Source: a bacterium
GTDB taxonomy: Bacteria > Zhuqueibacterota > Zhuqueibacteria > Residuimicrobiales > Krinioviventaceae
NCBI GenBank assembly: GCA_963674595.2
Contig: CAXXFV010000015.1
Coordinates: forward strand, 1 to 64,000
Direction: 5' to 3'
DNA: 64,000 nucleotides
Shown here: piece by piece, positions 1-9,855 of the stretch
Numbering within the stretch: the stretch's first letter is position 1
Layout: every line of letters starts with the position of its first letter
Translations under genes and position numbers: made by a program
Notes under the pieces: generated by a model
Told to the model about the DNA's origin: nothing
What the model saw: the letters and a program-made list of their open reading frames with translations, nothing else
Databases searched by the model: none

Positions 1-2
1 GG

Positions 3-3000
3 AAGGCAGATATCGCCCTGAATGAGCCTCGACTGGATTGGGATGAAAACCCGTTTTTTCGTTTTTTAATTCCTTCTTTTAATATGCAAAATATTCGTTA
101 TGCTGCTCCCGTAACTTCGGCAGCAAATGATTATATGCAGCCATATTATGGAAAAAACAATCGTATTTATTTTGCCTCTTCAAAGAGTAAAAATTTGGAT
201 ATTTGGTCCGTTCCGTTGGACGGGCCTGTTTCAATTTTGCAAGATGCGGAACAACAGTTGGAACAGGCAGATGTATTATTTCCTCTTTCCGGTCAATTGA
301 CCGCGCAGAATATCGGACCATTATTTTTACACTGGAATGCGGAAATGGTGACTGATAAAGATGTTGCTGTTTTGTGGGACCGTATTCTCGCTTTTCAAAG
401 AATTATTGATAATCCTGAAGCGGATAAAAAGGTTACGGCACAAGCGCTTTATCAAATGGGGCGCTGTTACTTTATGTTAAATTATCCCAAAATTGCCGGC
501 CGACTGTTTAAAATAATTATCGGTATGTATCCGAAGCAACGAAATGTTGTGGCTTTTGCTGAAATGGCTTTGTTGGGTTTGGATTTAAAAGATGAACCCG
601 GTTCCGATGAGACCGTTATTGAAAAGCTGAATGTGATTGTAACCCGGTATGAAGACCAACCCGATGCGGCGGCTCAGGCCCAACTTTCCATTGGCGATTT
701 AGATTTTTCTCGTAGAAATTTTCCGGAAGCATTTAATGCCTATTCTCAGGTACTTGAGTTGTTTCCGGATGTCCGGTCTGCCTGTGCTGAAAGCCAGTTG
801 AAATTGGGCGATGTATATCAAAATTTCGGAAGCCGCGATGAGGTTATATCTGCTTATTTGTCTGTAGTTGAAGAATACCCGGAACAGCGGCAATGGATGA
901 TTCCGGCCAGAAATAGAATTTTAAATCTTGTTTATACGGATAATGACGCATATATGATTTCACGATTAAGAGAGCTTATCGGACAATATGCCGGATTTCC
1001 CTTACTTTGTGCGGCTGCGCAACTGCAAATCGCTGAAATATTATACAAGCGCCAAGATTACCGTGCCGCAATTCAAGAGTATGATCTAATAGGATCTTAT
1101 TATCCCGATTTAAACGATGAAGTATTTTCTGCGCAAATGGGCAAAGTACGATCACTGCTTAAAATCGGCGAAAATCTGCGCGCTTTTACCATTTTGGAAC
1201 AATTGATAGAAAAAGATAAAAATGTACATCCGCAAAATGCTGAAAAAGCGAGAGTATTTTATCTTGAAGCGCTGCTGCAATCGGCCGATGAACTCAAGGC
1301 GGTAAAAGATTTTCGGCTGGCATTGTCCCGTTATAATTTTGTTATCCAACTTGATCCTGAAAATGTCAGTGCCCACAGGGGTTATGTAGAGTGTAAATAT
1401 TATCTAAAATCCATTGATCAGGTCATTGAAGAGTATAAAATCAAGTGTGAAGAACAACCTGAAAATAATATTCTTTTATACATGCTGGGGTTGGCCTATT
1501 CCTTTAAAGGGACCGAGCAATATGAACTATATGATAAAAGTAAAGATTTTGATACCAATGCATTAAAACTATCCAGCAAATATATTTTGGAATCGCTCTC
1601 CTATGACTATACATTAATTGAAGCCTATCATACCCTGGGATTTAATTATGAAATGCTGGAAACGGATGAAGAACGGCAACTGGCTAAAACGTCTTCCTTT
1701 TATAAAAGACTGATCAAGAGCCTGGCTGCTCCGGTTACCTGGGCTGTTCAAAAAATAACTTTTTATCATATGAAAAAACCTCAACGCTATTATGAACAGG
1801 CCATTCACGAGTTGTCAAAGGCCCTGGCGTTAAATGATGAAAATGAAAATCCGAATGTTGAAGCCAATCTTGCTTTGAACCTTGCCAATAATTATTACAA
1901 GCTGGGAGAATATGGCTTTTCAAAGGCTTATGAATTTTATCATTTAAAATCACAGTACGATACAACATTTACCAATGTTCAACAAAAAGCGTTGATTTTT
2001 CATCGAATGGCTCATTGTGCTTATGTTATTGAAGATATAAATACCGGTCCCCAATACTTTTTAAAGGCTATTGAATTATATAAAGAACTGGGCGATGAAA
2101 AAACTGTTTTACTGGATACAAAGCGCCTGGCTTTATTGTATCAAATCGGCAATCAAAATGATTTGGCTGTTGAATATTTTCAGTCGGCAGCGGAAATTGA
2201 AAACCGGCAAAAGTTATACACGGATTTAATGCGAAGTTACCGGAGTATTGCCCATAATTTTTTAATGCTCGATGAGCCCTATGATGCTATTATCTATGCC
2301 CGTAAAGCATTGGATTTGATTCAATCCGGTAAAACTGAAGAGATTAAAACAGAGTCCAGCCGTATCAAGATCGGATTTTTAGGTTTTACACTACCTGTCC
2401 CGTTTTTTGATTTAAATAAAATGGGATTATCTGCTTCGTCAAAATTTACTACACAAGACGAACTGGCCTTGATATATACCATATTGGGTGAGAGTTATAC
2501 ATCACAAAAGGATTTTACGCAGGCTATAAATGTTTTTGAAGAAAAATTAAAGGCATACCAAAAAAGTAATGATAAATTGGCCGAGGCCACTTTTTTAAAT
2601 AATATAGGCTATCTTTATTATGTAAAAGGTGAGCTGCAAAAGGCCTGGGATTATTTTGTGCAGTCTCATGAGATTTGTGATCAAAAAAACAATGTATCCG
2701 GAATTTTGAACAATACCTATAACATGGGGCGGATTGCCCTTGATTTAAAAAAGTCACCGACAGAAAACAACAGCGCTTTTGCAAAAAACTGTCTGAACAA
2801 GTCTGTGGAATCGATAAACAAAGCACTGGATTTGACGTCACGAGAAAATTTGCTTTATCCTAAAATGAGGTGTCGTTTACTGCTTTTAATGTCGGAAATG
2901 ACCTGGACAAATGAAAATCAGCAGAACCTGAATGCCGTTGATCAAGCCTTAGTTACTTTAAATTCTTTGGACCAGGTTTATTATGCAAAAACCTATCTGG

Positions 3001-5180
3001 ATGAAGCCCTGAGGATTTGTAAAACCTATAGTTTGTCTGTTGAAGAGTGTATAGCAAATTTTTCATTGGGTGAACTTTATGCTTTTCTTAAAGAAGATGT
3101 TGAGGCCTATCAGTATTTTACTCAGTGCCGTAAAATTGCATTACGAAATAAATATTATAGCCTGTTATGGCGGGTGAACACAGCCATCGGGGATTTGGTC
3201 ACGGTTATGCCGCTTGATGCAAAACGTGAATTAAAACTGAAAAAAGATGCCTTTGAATATTATTCTGAGGCAATTGATGTTCTGCAAACTCAACCGGTTC
3301 TGGGACGTATCATTACACCTGATGAACGTAAAGACCACCAAAGACCTTACCGCCAGGCTATTGCCTATTTGGAAAAGATAGGAGATACAAACGGGGCGCT
3401 TTTGTTTACAGAACAGATGCGGTCCAAAATTTTTTATGATTTGATTGGTTCTGAAAATGTGGTTTTGGACAAAGAACGGCACAAAATCTATTATGGCAAT
3501 GCCCGGTTTATTCAACAAAAAATGAATGAACTGGAAGTTCGGATCATACGGGCAAAATCACAAACTACTATAACACCGGCGCAAATTGCACAACTAAAAA
3601 ATGAGTTGGAAGAGTACCAGATCGAATATAAAGAGTTGCTGCAAAAGATACATGATGAAGTGCCTGAAATGGAAACGTTGGTCCGTGTTCGGACTATATC
3701 ACTACCGGAAATTCAGAATATTTGTCAGGATGATCAGGCTTTTGTCACATTTATGACTTTTGAAAATGAAACATTTCTGTGGATTATTACTCCATTTGAT
3801 GTTTTTTCTTGTTCTGTTAACGTTACTAATGACCAGTTGAAACAGTCGTTGAAAAACTATGATTCAACAGCCGGTGAGGAAATTTTAAAAAAGTTATTCA
3901 TTCCGTTGACCGAGCAAGCTCCGGAAGTTCGTCGAGTCGTTCTGGTCCCGGATGAAGAATTTTTATTGTATCCCTGGAGTTATATCGGCGGCAAGACTTT
4001 AAACGATATTTCATCGCTTTCTGTTGTGCCGAGTCTTGCTTTGTATACGGCCAATTTTATGCACCGAAAACTCGGTAATAAAACTGTTTATTATAGCGGT
4101 TCGGAGCCGGTTTTTAATGTTTTGAAAAATTTAAATTATGAAACATTAACACCTGTTACCAGTCCGGACCCGGCAAAAAGTTTCTCTTTGCAAAAAGATG
4201 GTTTAAGCTCATCAGATATTTTACATCTTGATGTTATGTGTGATTGGAACAGGCTTTACCCTGCCCTGTCACGGTTTGGTTTTTCGGTAAAACGTTCTGC
4301 TCCGGCACGCTTTAATACGTTGCAGCTTTATCAAATATCGGTTAAAGCTAAACTTTTGAATTTAAACTTTTCCGAAAAGTTGACGACTCATAATGAATCC
4401 GTATTTCTGGCCTGGGAATATGCGTTTTCCTACGCCGGTGTGCCGTCATTATTGACCTCTTTATGGCCGTCAAGTTCTGAATCAGACAGTTTGTTTTTTA
4501 GTCATTTTTATAAAAATCTTGATCAATACCCGCCTGCTCAAGCTCTGGCCGTAACTCAGAAAGAACTGGTAAATTTAGGTGAGCCTGCACAGGAATGTGG
4601 ACGTTTTCAGTTATTTGGTTTTGGCGGGATGACGGATGAAGAAGAAGAGTTGTTTGCTGTTCAGGGATTTGAGGGGCATGTACGAAAAGGGCACAGCGCC
4701 TTTGATATGGGTGAGTGGGCAGATGCTATCAAAAATTATGAACAGGCGTGGCAAATGGCGCTGATGCGGAATGATATGGAAAGTATCCCTCTTATTATTC
4801 AGCGAATTTTAGAAAGCGCCGTGAATGGCGGATTGTGGTCCAAGGCCATTGAAGTACAGCAAAAACTGAATATCGAGGCTGAGCAAAATCAGGATATATC
4901 ATCTTTAGCGAACGGACTCAGCAATATTGCATTTTTCTATACACAAAACAAAGAATATGAAAAAGGTGTTCAGGCTAAAAAGCGATATGCCGGACTGACG
5001 GAGCAATATGGTTTGTATGAGGAAGAAGCCAACTCGATACGGGATATTGGTTTGATTTATGAACATGGCGGCAATTACACAAAAGCATTGGAATTTTACC
5101 AAACGGCCCTTGCAAAATATGAGGATCTGAATTTGCTTGGCGGGGAGCGCCCAGTGCCTGAAAGATATCGGCAGAATTGA
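3..5180 (+). CDS. Giant PD40/TPR-repeat protein with a degenerate CHAT domain (5'-partial; N-terminal part of a frameshifted gene)
   Basis: The frame is open from position 3 (KADIALNEPRLDW...), so the gene starts before the window. It has a PD40/TolB-like blade (QPYYGKNNRIYFASSKSKNLDIWSV), many TPR helices, a coiled coil and a CHAT-like region (RRVVLVPDEEFLLYPW...YAGVPSLLTSLW) lacking the HG/SAC catalytic motifs. Confidence 0.8.
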   Translation, partial: KADIALNEPRLDWDENPFFRFLIPSFNMQNIRYAAPVTSAANDYMQPYYGKNNRIYFASSKSKNLDIWSVPLDGPVSILQDAEQQLEQADVLFPLSGQLTAQNIGPLFLHWNAEMVTDKDVAVLWDRILAFQRIIDNPEADKKVTAQALYQMGRCYFMLNYPKIAGRLFKIIIGMYPKQRNVVAFAEMALLGLDLKDEPGSDETVIEKLNVIVTRYEDQPDAAAQAQLSIGDLDFSRRNFPEAFNAYSQVLELFPDVRSACAESQLKLGDVYQNFGSRDEVISAYLSVVEEYPEQRQWMIPARNRILNLVYTDNDAYMISRLRELIGQYAGFPLLCAAAQLQIAEILYKRQDYRAAIQEYDLIGSYYPDLNDEVFSAQMGKVRSLLKIGENLRAFTILEQLIEKDKNVHPQNAEKARVFYLEALLQSADELKAVKDFRLALSRYNFVIQLDPENVSAHRGYVECKYYLKSIDQVIEEYKIKCEEQPENNILLYMLGLAYSFKGTEQYELYDKSKDFDTNALKLSSKYILESLSYDYTLIEAYHTLGFNYEMLETDEERQLAKTSSFYKRLIKSLAAPVTWAVQKITFYHMKKPQRYYEQAIHELSKALALNDENENPNVEANLALNLANNYYKLGEYGFSKAYEFYHLKSQYDTTFTNVQQKALIFHRMAHCAYVIEDINTGPQYFLKAIELYKELGDEKTVLLDTKRLALLYQIGNQNDLAVEYFQSAAEIENRQKLYTDLMRSYRSIAHNFLMLDEPYDAIIYARKALDLIQSGKTEEIKTESSRIKIGFLGFTLPVPFFDLNKMGLSASSKFTTQDELALIYTILGESYTSQKDFTQAINVFEEKLKAYQKSNDKLAEATFLNNIGYLYYVKGELQKAWDYFVQSHEICDQKNNVSGILNNTYNMGRIALDLKKSPTENNSAFAKNCLNKSVESINKALDLTSRENLLYPKMRCRLLLLMSEMTWTNENQQNLNAVDQALVTLNSLDQVYYAKTYLDEALRICKTYSLSVEECIANFSLGELYAFLKEDVEAYQYFTQCRKIALRNKYYSLLWRVNTAIGDLVTVMPLDAKRELKLKKDAFEYYSEAIDVLQTQPVLGRIITPDERKDHQRPYRQAIAYLEKIGDTNGALLFTEQMRSKIFYDLIGSENVVLDKERHKIYYGNARFIQQKMNELEVRIIRAKSQTTITPAQIAQLKNELEEYQIEYKELLQKIHDEVPEMETLVRVRTISLPEIQNICQDDQAFVTFMTFENETFLWIITPFDVFSCSVNVTNDQLKQSLKNYDSTAGEEILKKLFIPLTEQAPEVRRVVLVPDEEFLLYPWSYIGGKTLNDISSLSVVPSLALYTANFMHRKLGNKTVYYSGSEPVFNVLKNLNYETLTPVTSPDPAKSFSLQKDGLSSSDILHLDVMCDWNRLYPALSRFGFSVKRSAPARFNTLQLYQISVKAKLLNLNFSEKLTTHNESVFLAWEYAFSYAGVPSLLTSLWPSSSESDSLFFSHFYKNLDQYPPAQALAVTQKELVNLGEPAQECGRFQLFGFGGMTDEEEELFAVQGFEGHVRKGHSAFDMGEWADAIKNYEQAWQMALMRNDMESIPLIIQRILESAVNGGLWSKAIEVQQKLNIEAEQNQDISSLANGLSNIAFFYTQNKEYEKGVQAKKRYAGLTEQYGLYEEEANSIRDIGLIYEHGGNYTKALEFYQTALAKYEDLNLLGGERPVPERYRQN

Positions 5181-7527
5181 ATTTTTATATCAGGATAATT
5201 ATACCGAAGCACTAAAGGTACAGCAACGCGCTTTGTCAATGTTTCGCGAATTGGATGATGAGGTCGCTCTTGTTGATGCTTTACATAATTTGGGCCTGAC
5301 CTGTGAAAAAATGACAAATTATAAACAGGCAATGATCTACCAAAAAGAGGCTTTGCAAATTTCCAAAAGTATAGAGCAGGTAAAATTGATCGGCTTGTCT
5401 TTTCAATACCTGGCAAATGTTTATTGGAAAACAGGCGAATTTCAACAAGCTTTGGAACATCAAACCAAGTCCCTGGAGATTTTTGAAAAACTGGGGGATG
5501 AAAAGCTGTTGCAGGTCGGATATTCTACCAAAGGGTTGATATTATTCAGTATCGGACAAATACGTCAGGCCCTTAATCTGGAAGATGATGCTTATCAACT
5601 GGCAAAAAGACGAGACGATTTTGTTGACCAGGCAACCATTTTAAAAAACATCGGCATGATTCATCAGGCCGAAGGAGATGATGAAACGGCCCTTGGCTTT
5701 TTTGAACAGGCAATGAATATTGACTCTGTCCTTTCTTCAAAAAGAGGTTTGGCCTACGATTATAGAAATTTGGGTTCCATTAATTTACGTTTAAAAAATC
5801 TCCAAACTGCTGAAAACTATATAAAAAAAGCAATGATATTGAGCCGGGAAATTGAAGACCAGCGTAATTTGGCCCAGTCTTTACTGGTTCTGGCGGAACT
5901 TGACTTTACAAACGGTAAAAACGATTCTGCTCAGTATTACGCGCGTTTATCGGCTGACATAGCGGCGCAATTATTTATTCCGGAAATAGAGTGGCGGGCC
6001 AAAAGAAAACAGGCCCAAATTTTGGTTAAACTTGGTAAAGGACAGGAAGCGTTGAACGCTTATGATGCCACGCTGGATGTTATTGAAAAAATGCGTTCCA
6101 ATATCAAGGTTGAAGAGTATGCTTCCGGGTTTATTGATGATAAAATACAGGTATATGCCGAAACGATTGAACTGCTGGTACAAATGAAAAACACAAATTT
6201 ATCATTTGACGTGGCAGAGCGGGCAAAGAGCCGAAGTTTTTTAGATATGTTGGGAAGCAGAACAATAGATTTTGGAGAACAAAACCAGCAGATCATTGCT
6301 CAAAAGGACAGTTTACAGACTTTAATAACGGAAGCGCAAAATAAAATTGTCTATTACCGGCTTGAAACCCAGGTCAAAGATTCATTAGATTTTTGGGAAA
6401 ACAAGTTACAAGATTATCAAAATCAATATGATGATTTTTTGGAGAAAATGCGCCGGGAAAATGCAGAACTGGCCGAAATGATTTCTGTTGACCCCATGTC
6501 GGTTGATCAGATTCAATCGTTGATTCCACAGGAAACAGCCATTATTGAATATTTTCTATTTGGCAATAAACTTTTTAGCTGGTTTATAACAGCGAACGAT
6601 ATCAGGGTCCATCAAGCGGACGTTCACGTAGAAAAGATAGCGGAAAACATTCAACAACTTCGAAAAGCCCTAAGTCAACAACTATCCATTCAGATATGGT
6701 CAAAAGCGCTGTATAATGATTTGATAAAATACTGGCAAGGTGATCTTGAAAATATAAAACATATCGTTTGTGTTCCCTATGGTCCTTTGCATTATCTGCC
6801 TTTTGCGGTTTTACAGGATGAACAGGACCAATATTTAGCCATGAAACACACGTTGTCCATAACACCCAGCGCAACCGTGCTTGGATTTTGTTTAAAAAAA
6901 GCAAACACTTTTAAACATCCGGTAAACGATTCATATTCTGTACTTGCTTTCGGAAATCCTTCTTTAAACGATCCCTCTTTGGACCTTCCCTTTGCTGCCC
7001 GTGAAGTAAAAAGTTTGAATCGTTATTATGATAATATTGAGGTGTTTACCGGAAAAGAAGCAACGTTGTCAAATTTTTATACAAATCTTGACGACCAACA
7101 ACTTTTACTTTTTAGCTGTCATGGTATTTTTGATCCGGTAAATCCTTTGTCATCTGCTTTGTTATTAGCTGCTGATGAGAATTATTCCGGCTGGCTTGAA
7201 GCTAAAGATATTTTTAATTTAAACTTGAACTCTTTTCTTGTGGGAATGAGTGCCTGTGAAACCGGCTTGTCAATTATTCGCGGCGGTGATGAAGTTGTTG
7301 GGCTTTCGCGTGCTTTTATATATGCGGGAACGTTATCATTATTATCTAGTCTTTGGAAGGTTGATGATTTGGCAACCGCAGTTTTAATAAAACGTTTTTA
7401 CCGGTATTTATCCGAAGGAGATTCCAGAGCAGATGCTTTACAAAAAGCACAAAAAGTAGTGATGAAGGAAATTAATCCTTATCCGTCTTATTGGGCGGCA
7501 TTTAATATTACCGGGGATTTTCGCTAA
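5137..7527 (+). CDS. TPR + CHAT domain protein with intact caspase-like dyad (C-terminal part of the same gene)
   Basis: TPRs, AERAKSRSFLDML, VPYGPLHYLPF, catalytic FSCHG and MSACETG, GDEVVGLSRAFIYAG, SLWKVDD, YWAAF. It overlaps the upstream ORF mid-TPR; removing 1 nt near 5138-5145 fuses the two. Confidence 0.9.
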   Translation: MAGSAQCLKDIGRIEFLYQDNYTEALKVQQRALSMFRELDDEVALVDALHNLGLTCEKMTNYKQAMIYQKEALQISKSIEQVKLIGLSFQYLANVYWKTGEFQQALEHQTKSLEIFEKLGDEKLLQVGYSTKGLILFSIGQIRQALNLEDDAYQLAKRRDDFVDQATILKNIGMIHQAEGDDETALGFFEQAMNIDSVLSSKRGLAYDYRNLGSINLRLKNLQTAENYIKKAMILSREIEDQRNLAQSLLVLAELDFTNGKNDSAQYYARLSADIAAQLFIPEIEWRAKRKQAQILVKLGKGQEALNAYDATLDVIEKMRSNIKVEEYASGFIDDKIQVYAETIELLVQMKNTNLSFDVAERAKSRSFLDMLGSRTIDFGEQNQQIIAQKDSLQTLITEAQNKIVYYRLETQVKDSLDFWENKLQDYQNQYDDFLEKMRRENAELAEMISVDPMSVDQIQSLIPQETAIIEYFLFGNKLFSWFITANDIRVHQADVHVEKIAENIQQLRKALSQQLSIQIWSKALYNDLIKYWQGDLENIKHIVCVPYGPLHYLPFAVLQDEQDQYLAMKHTLSITPSATVLGFCLKKANTFKHPVNDSYSVLAFGNPSLNDPSLDLPFAAREVKSLNRYYDNIEVFTGKEATLSNFYTNLDDQQLLLFSCHGIFDPVNPLSSALLLAADENYSGWLEAKDIFNLNLNSFLVGMSACETGLSIIRGGDEVVGLSRAFIYAGTLSLLSSLWKVDDLATAVLIKRFYRYLSEGDSRADALQKAQKVVMKEINPYPSYWAAFNITGDFR

Positions 7528-7592
7528 TTATTGAGAGAAAATAGAGGAGAGAGTGGGACATTATAAATTTTGATGTAGCTTAAATGTCTCAA

Positions 7593-7721
7593 TTACGCGT
7601 GAGTTTCATTGAGGTAATTGTTGAATAATCTTTTTCTTTTGCGATCAGCCATGCTTCCAATGACGACCAGGCTAAGTATCTCTATTGTAAACAAGGATAT
7701 AAGGATTGTTGCAATTATCAT
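7593..7721 (-). CDS. Putative 42-aa single-pass membrane microprotein (not in ORF track)
   Basis: ATG...TAA translation MIIATILISLFTIEILSLVVIGSMADRKRKRLFNNYLNETHA: a hydrophobic helix then an RKRKR cluster. It lies downstream of a sigma54 motif. Confidence 0.55.
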   Translation of the reverse strand: MIIATILISLFTIEILSLVVIGSMADRKRKRLFNNYLNETHA

Positions 7722-7776
7722 TTTATACAGCCGTTTTTTAAGTTTTAATTATTGTTTTATTAGCTGTATATTAGCA

Positions 7777-7792
7777 AGCAATAGGTGTGCCA
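7777..7792 (-). promoter_or_regulatory. sigma54 (RpoN) -24/-12 promoter
   Basis: The minus strand reads TGGCAC-ACCTA-TTGCT, an exact match to TGGCAC-N5-TTGCW, in an intergenic region. Confidence 0.65.
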
Positions 7793-7812
7793 CTAATTTT
7801 TAGAAATAAATA

Positions 7813-8520
7813 TTATTCTTTCATATACTCAAAGAAAGGGGTGAAAAGATAACGTAACTGTTCCAGAGAATCTTTAATGGCCCTGGGAATTGTTTTTGTA
7901 TAAGTATCCAGTAAAACCAGGGCGTTGATTGTGGAATCAGTTTCACTTATTGCCCGAAGCCGCTCAGCCATAGTAATGTTTACCAGTTCCATGTTTTTGT
8001 AAATTTGAACAAGACCTTTTAATTCAATATCGATCGGTTTATTGTCTTTATTTAGAAAATACTGCGCCAGTAAATACATTGATGTTGCGCGATATATTGT
8101 CTCCTCCCGGTTTGCAAGCGGTAAATGATAACGCGCCATGGGTCTGAAAAAGGTCGTGTGTGGGCAGCCGCTGCTTGGAATAATTAATCCCATGAGTGCG
8201 CTAATGCCTTTTTGAGCCGTGGTCATTTGAGATATTTTTCGTTCAGTTGTAATCACATCGAGTCTTATATTATCGCATGATAATATTTCTTCAAAAGGTT
8301 GAACAATATTGACAAGATTAATGGCTAATGGGCATTGTGGAAACTCTGAAGGATTCAAGGGACAATGCATGCATTGATGAAACTCCAATTTTGTCCATGC
8401 AGGAATTTGCGATGGTTTGTTTCCCGCTAGTTCCAAACTTTGCGGATCAAGATTTAAGATAAAGGTTTCTTTTTTTCCGTCAGGTAAGGTAAAAACATAT
8501 TTAATTTCAATACTCGCCAT
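7813..8520 (-). CDS. Conserved hypothetical Cys-motif protein (DUF6901-like)
   Basis: 235 aa with WTKLEFHQCMHCPL...CP and SGCPHTTFFRPMARYHLP motifs. Confidence 0.7.
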   Translation of the reverse strand: MASIEIKYVFTLPDGKKETFILNLDPQSLELAGNKPSQIPAWTKLEFHQCMHCPLNPSEFPQCPLAINLVNIVQPFEEILSCDNIRLDVITTERKISQMTTAQKGISALMGLIIPSSGCPHTTFFRPMARYHLPLANREETIYRATSMYLLAQYFLNKDNKPIDIELKGLVQIYKNMELVNITMAERLRAISETDSTINALVLLDTYTKTIPRAIKDSLEQLRYLFTPFFEYMKE

Positions 8521-8701
8521 AAATCGTTCCTATCAATGGATTGGAGTTGATTAATTAAATAGATTTGGTTATAATAGAACGTCTTTGAAAATGTATCAAA
8601 AAAAGTTAAGAAAAGAAATAAAATTTTTGACTAAATATTGAAATGAAATAGGAAAGGATGTTGTTAATAGATTGTGTGGAATGTTGTGAAGAAGGATTGA
8701 G

Positions 8702-8774
8702 TGAGGGTGGCGGGAATCGAACCCACGACCGACGGCTTAAAAGGCCGCTGCTCTACCAGCTGAGCTACACCCTC
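8702..8774 (-). tRNA. tRNA-Lys (UUU)
   Basis: The reverse complement GAGGGTGTAGCTCAGCTGGTAGAGCAGCGGCCTTTTAAGCCGTCGGTCGTGGGTTCGATTCCCGCCACCCTCA folds as a cloverleaf with anticodon TTT; CCA is not encoded. Confidence 0.97.
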
Positions 8775-8790
8775 AACCACAACAGGAAAC

Positions 8791-8819
8791 AAATTACGAG
8801 TTTTTTTTGAAATATGCAA
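8791..8819 (-). promoter_or_regulatory. sigma70-type promoter of tRNA-Lys
   Basis: TTGCAT-N17-TAATTT just upstream of the tRNA. Confidence 0.6.
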
Positions 8820-8884
8820 TTATTTTTTTTTGAAAAACCTGTTTTTTTTGATATTTTTTTGCTGTAAAATTGTGGAGGTTCCTG

Positions 8885-9835
8885 ATGACAAATGTTTTGG
8901 ACGTGCTAATTGTCGGTGGCGGTCCGGTTGGGCTATATGCAAATCAATTAGCCTTAAAAAATAATCTCAAAACACTTCTTGTGGAAAAGCTTCCTGCTCT
9001 TGGCGGTCAGCTTAAAAGTTTGTATCCAAAAAATATTCTCTATGAGGTTCCGGGATTTGAGCAATGGGAAGCAGGGAGATTTATTGATAATTTAGTTTCA
9101 CAAACAGAAAAATATAATCCGCTTTATTCATTAAATGAATCGGTGATGAAAATTGAAAATAATGATCATACTTTATTAATCAAATCTGACAAAAACGAAT
9201 ATAAAGCCAGAACTGTTTTATTAGCTACCGGAAGAGGTGTATTCTTTTCAAAACAAATGGCCGCTCTTTCGTCCCAAAAATTAAAAACGGCCGGTATAAT
9301 TTATGACCAGTTTGATGAAGAAACAGTTATCGGTAAAAATGTGATTGTTATTGGTGGTTCTCAGGAAACCGTCGGATGGGCCTTACAAGCTGCCTATTAT
9401 GCACGATCCGTCAAAGTTGTTAATTGGCGATTTATGCAGTCCTATGGCTGGCTTGAAGGAAACCTGGCGATTCCGGCAAATGTGGAAATTGTAGAACCTT
9501 ATGGGATTTTGGAAATTGAGGGAACCACTCATGTTACGGGGATCAAGGTCTTCCATATCCATAGCGGTGAAGAATCCCGGATTCCTGCTGACATGGTATT
9601 ATTGGCCCGTGGTTCTATTGGTAATTTGGATGATTTGATGCCTTTTAATGTGGCATTACTGAAAAATGGTATCAAGGTTACAAATGCAATGTTGACATCG
9701 AAACCCGGTGTTTTTGCTGCGGGTGATGTTGTTTATTATTCGGATAAGGAGAAAACTATTGCCAGCGGAACAAAGGAGGCTGCTGCTGCTATAAATAGTA
9801 TAAAGAATTATTTACAAGCTGTTTGGGGTAATTAA
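8885..9835 (+). CDS. TrxB-fold FAD oxidoreductase (ferredoxin-NADP+ reductase type 2 / YumC-like)
   Basis: IVGGGPVG, LGGQLKSLYPKN, ATG and TSKPGVFAAGDV; no CxxC. GGAGG RBS before ATG 8885. Confidence 0.8.
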   Translation: MTNVLDVLIVGGGPVGLYANQLALKNNLKTLLVEKLPALGGQLKSLYPKNILYEVPGFEQWEAGRFIDNLVSQTEKYNPLYSLNESVMKIENNDHTLLIKSDKNEYKARTVLLATGRGVFFSKQMAALSSQKLKTAGIIYDQFDEETVIGKNVIVIGGSQETVGWALQAAYYARSVKVVNWRFMQSYGWLEGNLAIPANVEIVEPYGILEIEGTTHVTGIKVFHIHSGEESRIPADMVLLARGSIGNLDDLMPFNVALLKNGIKVTNAMLTSKPGVFAAGDVVYYSDKEKTIASGTKEAAAAINSIKNYLQAVWGN

Positions 9836-9855
9836 ATTGGATATTTTAATCCGTA

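Noticed and set aside
5130-5180. Programmed ribosomal frameshift in the CHAT gene
   Set aside because: No X XXY YYZ slippery heptamer at the junction, and similar indels break tex and wbqC nearby, so error is more parsimonious.
7618-7803. 61-aa plus-strand ORF
   Set aside because: TTG start and no family features; it is the antisense shadow of the better-supported minus-strand microprotein and promoter.
7527-8774. Genomic island integrated at tRNA-Lys
   Set aside because: No integrase and no duplicated tRNA 3' end seen in the window.
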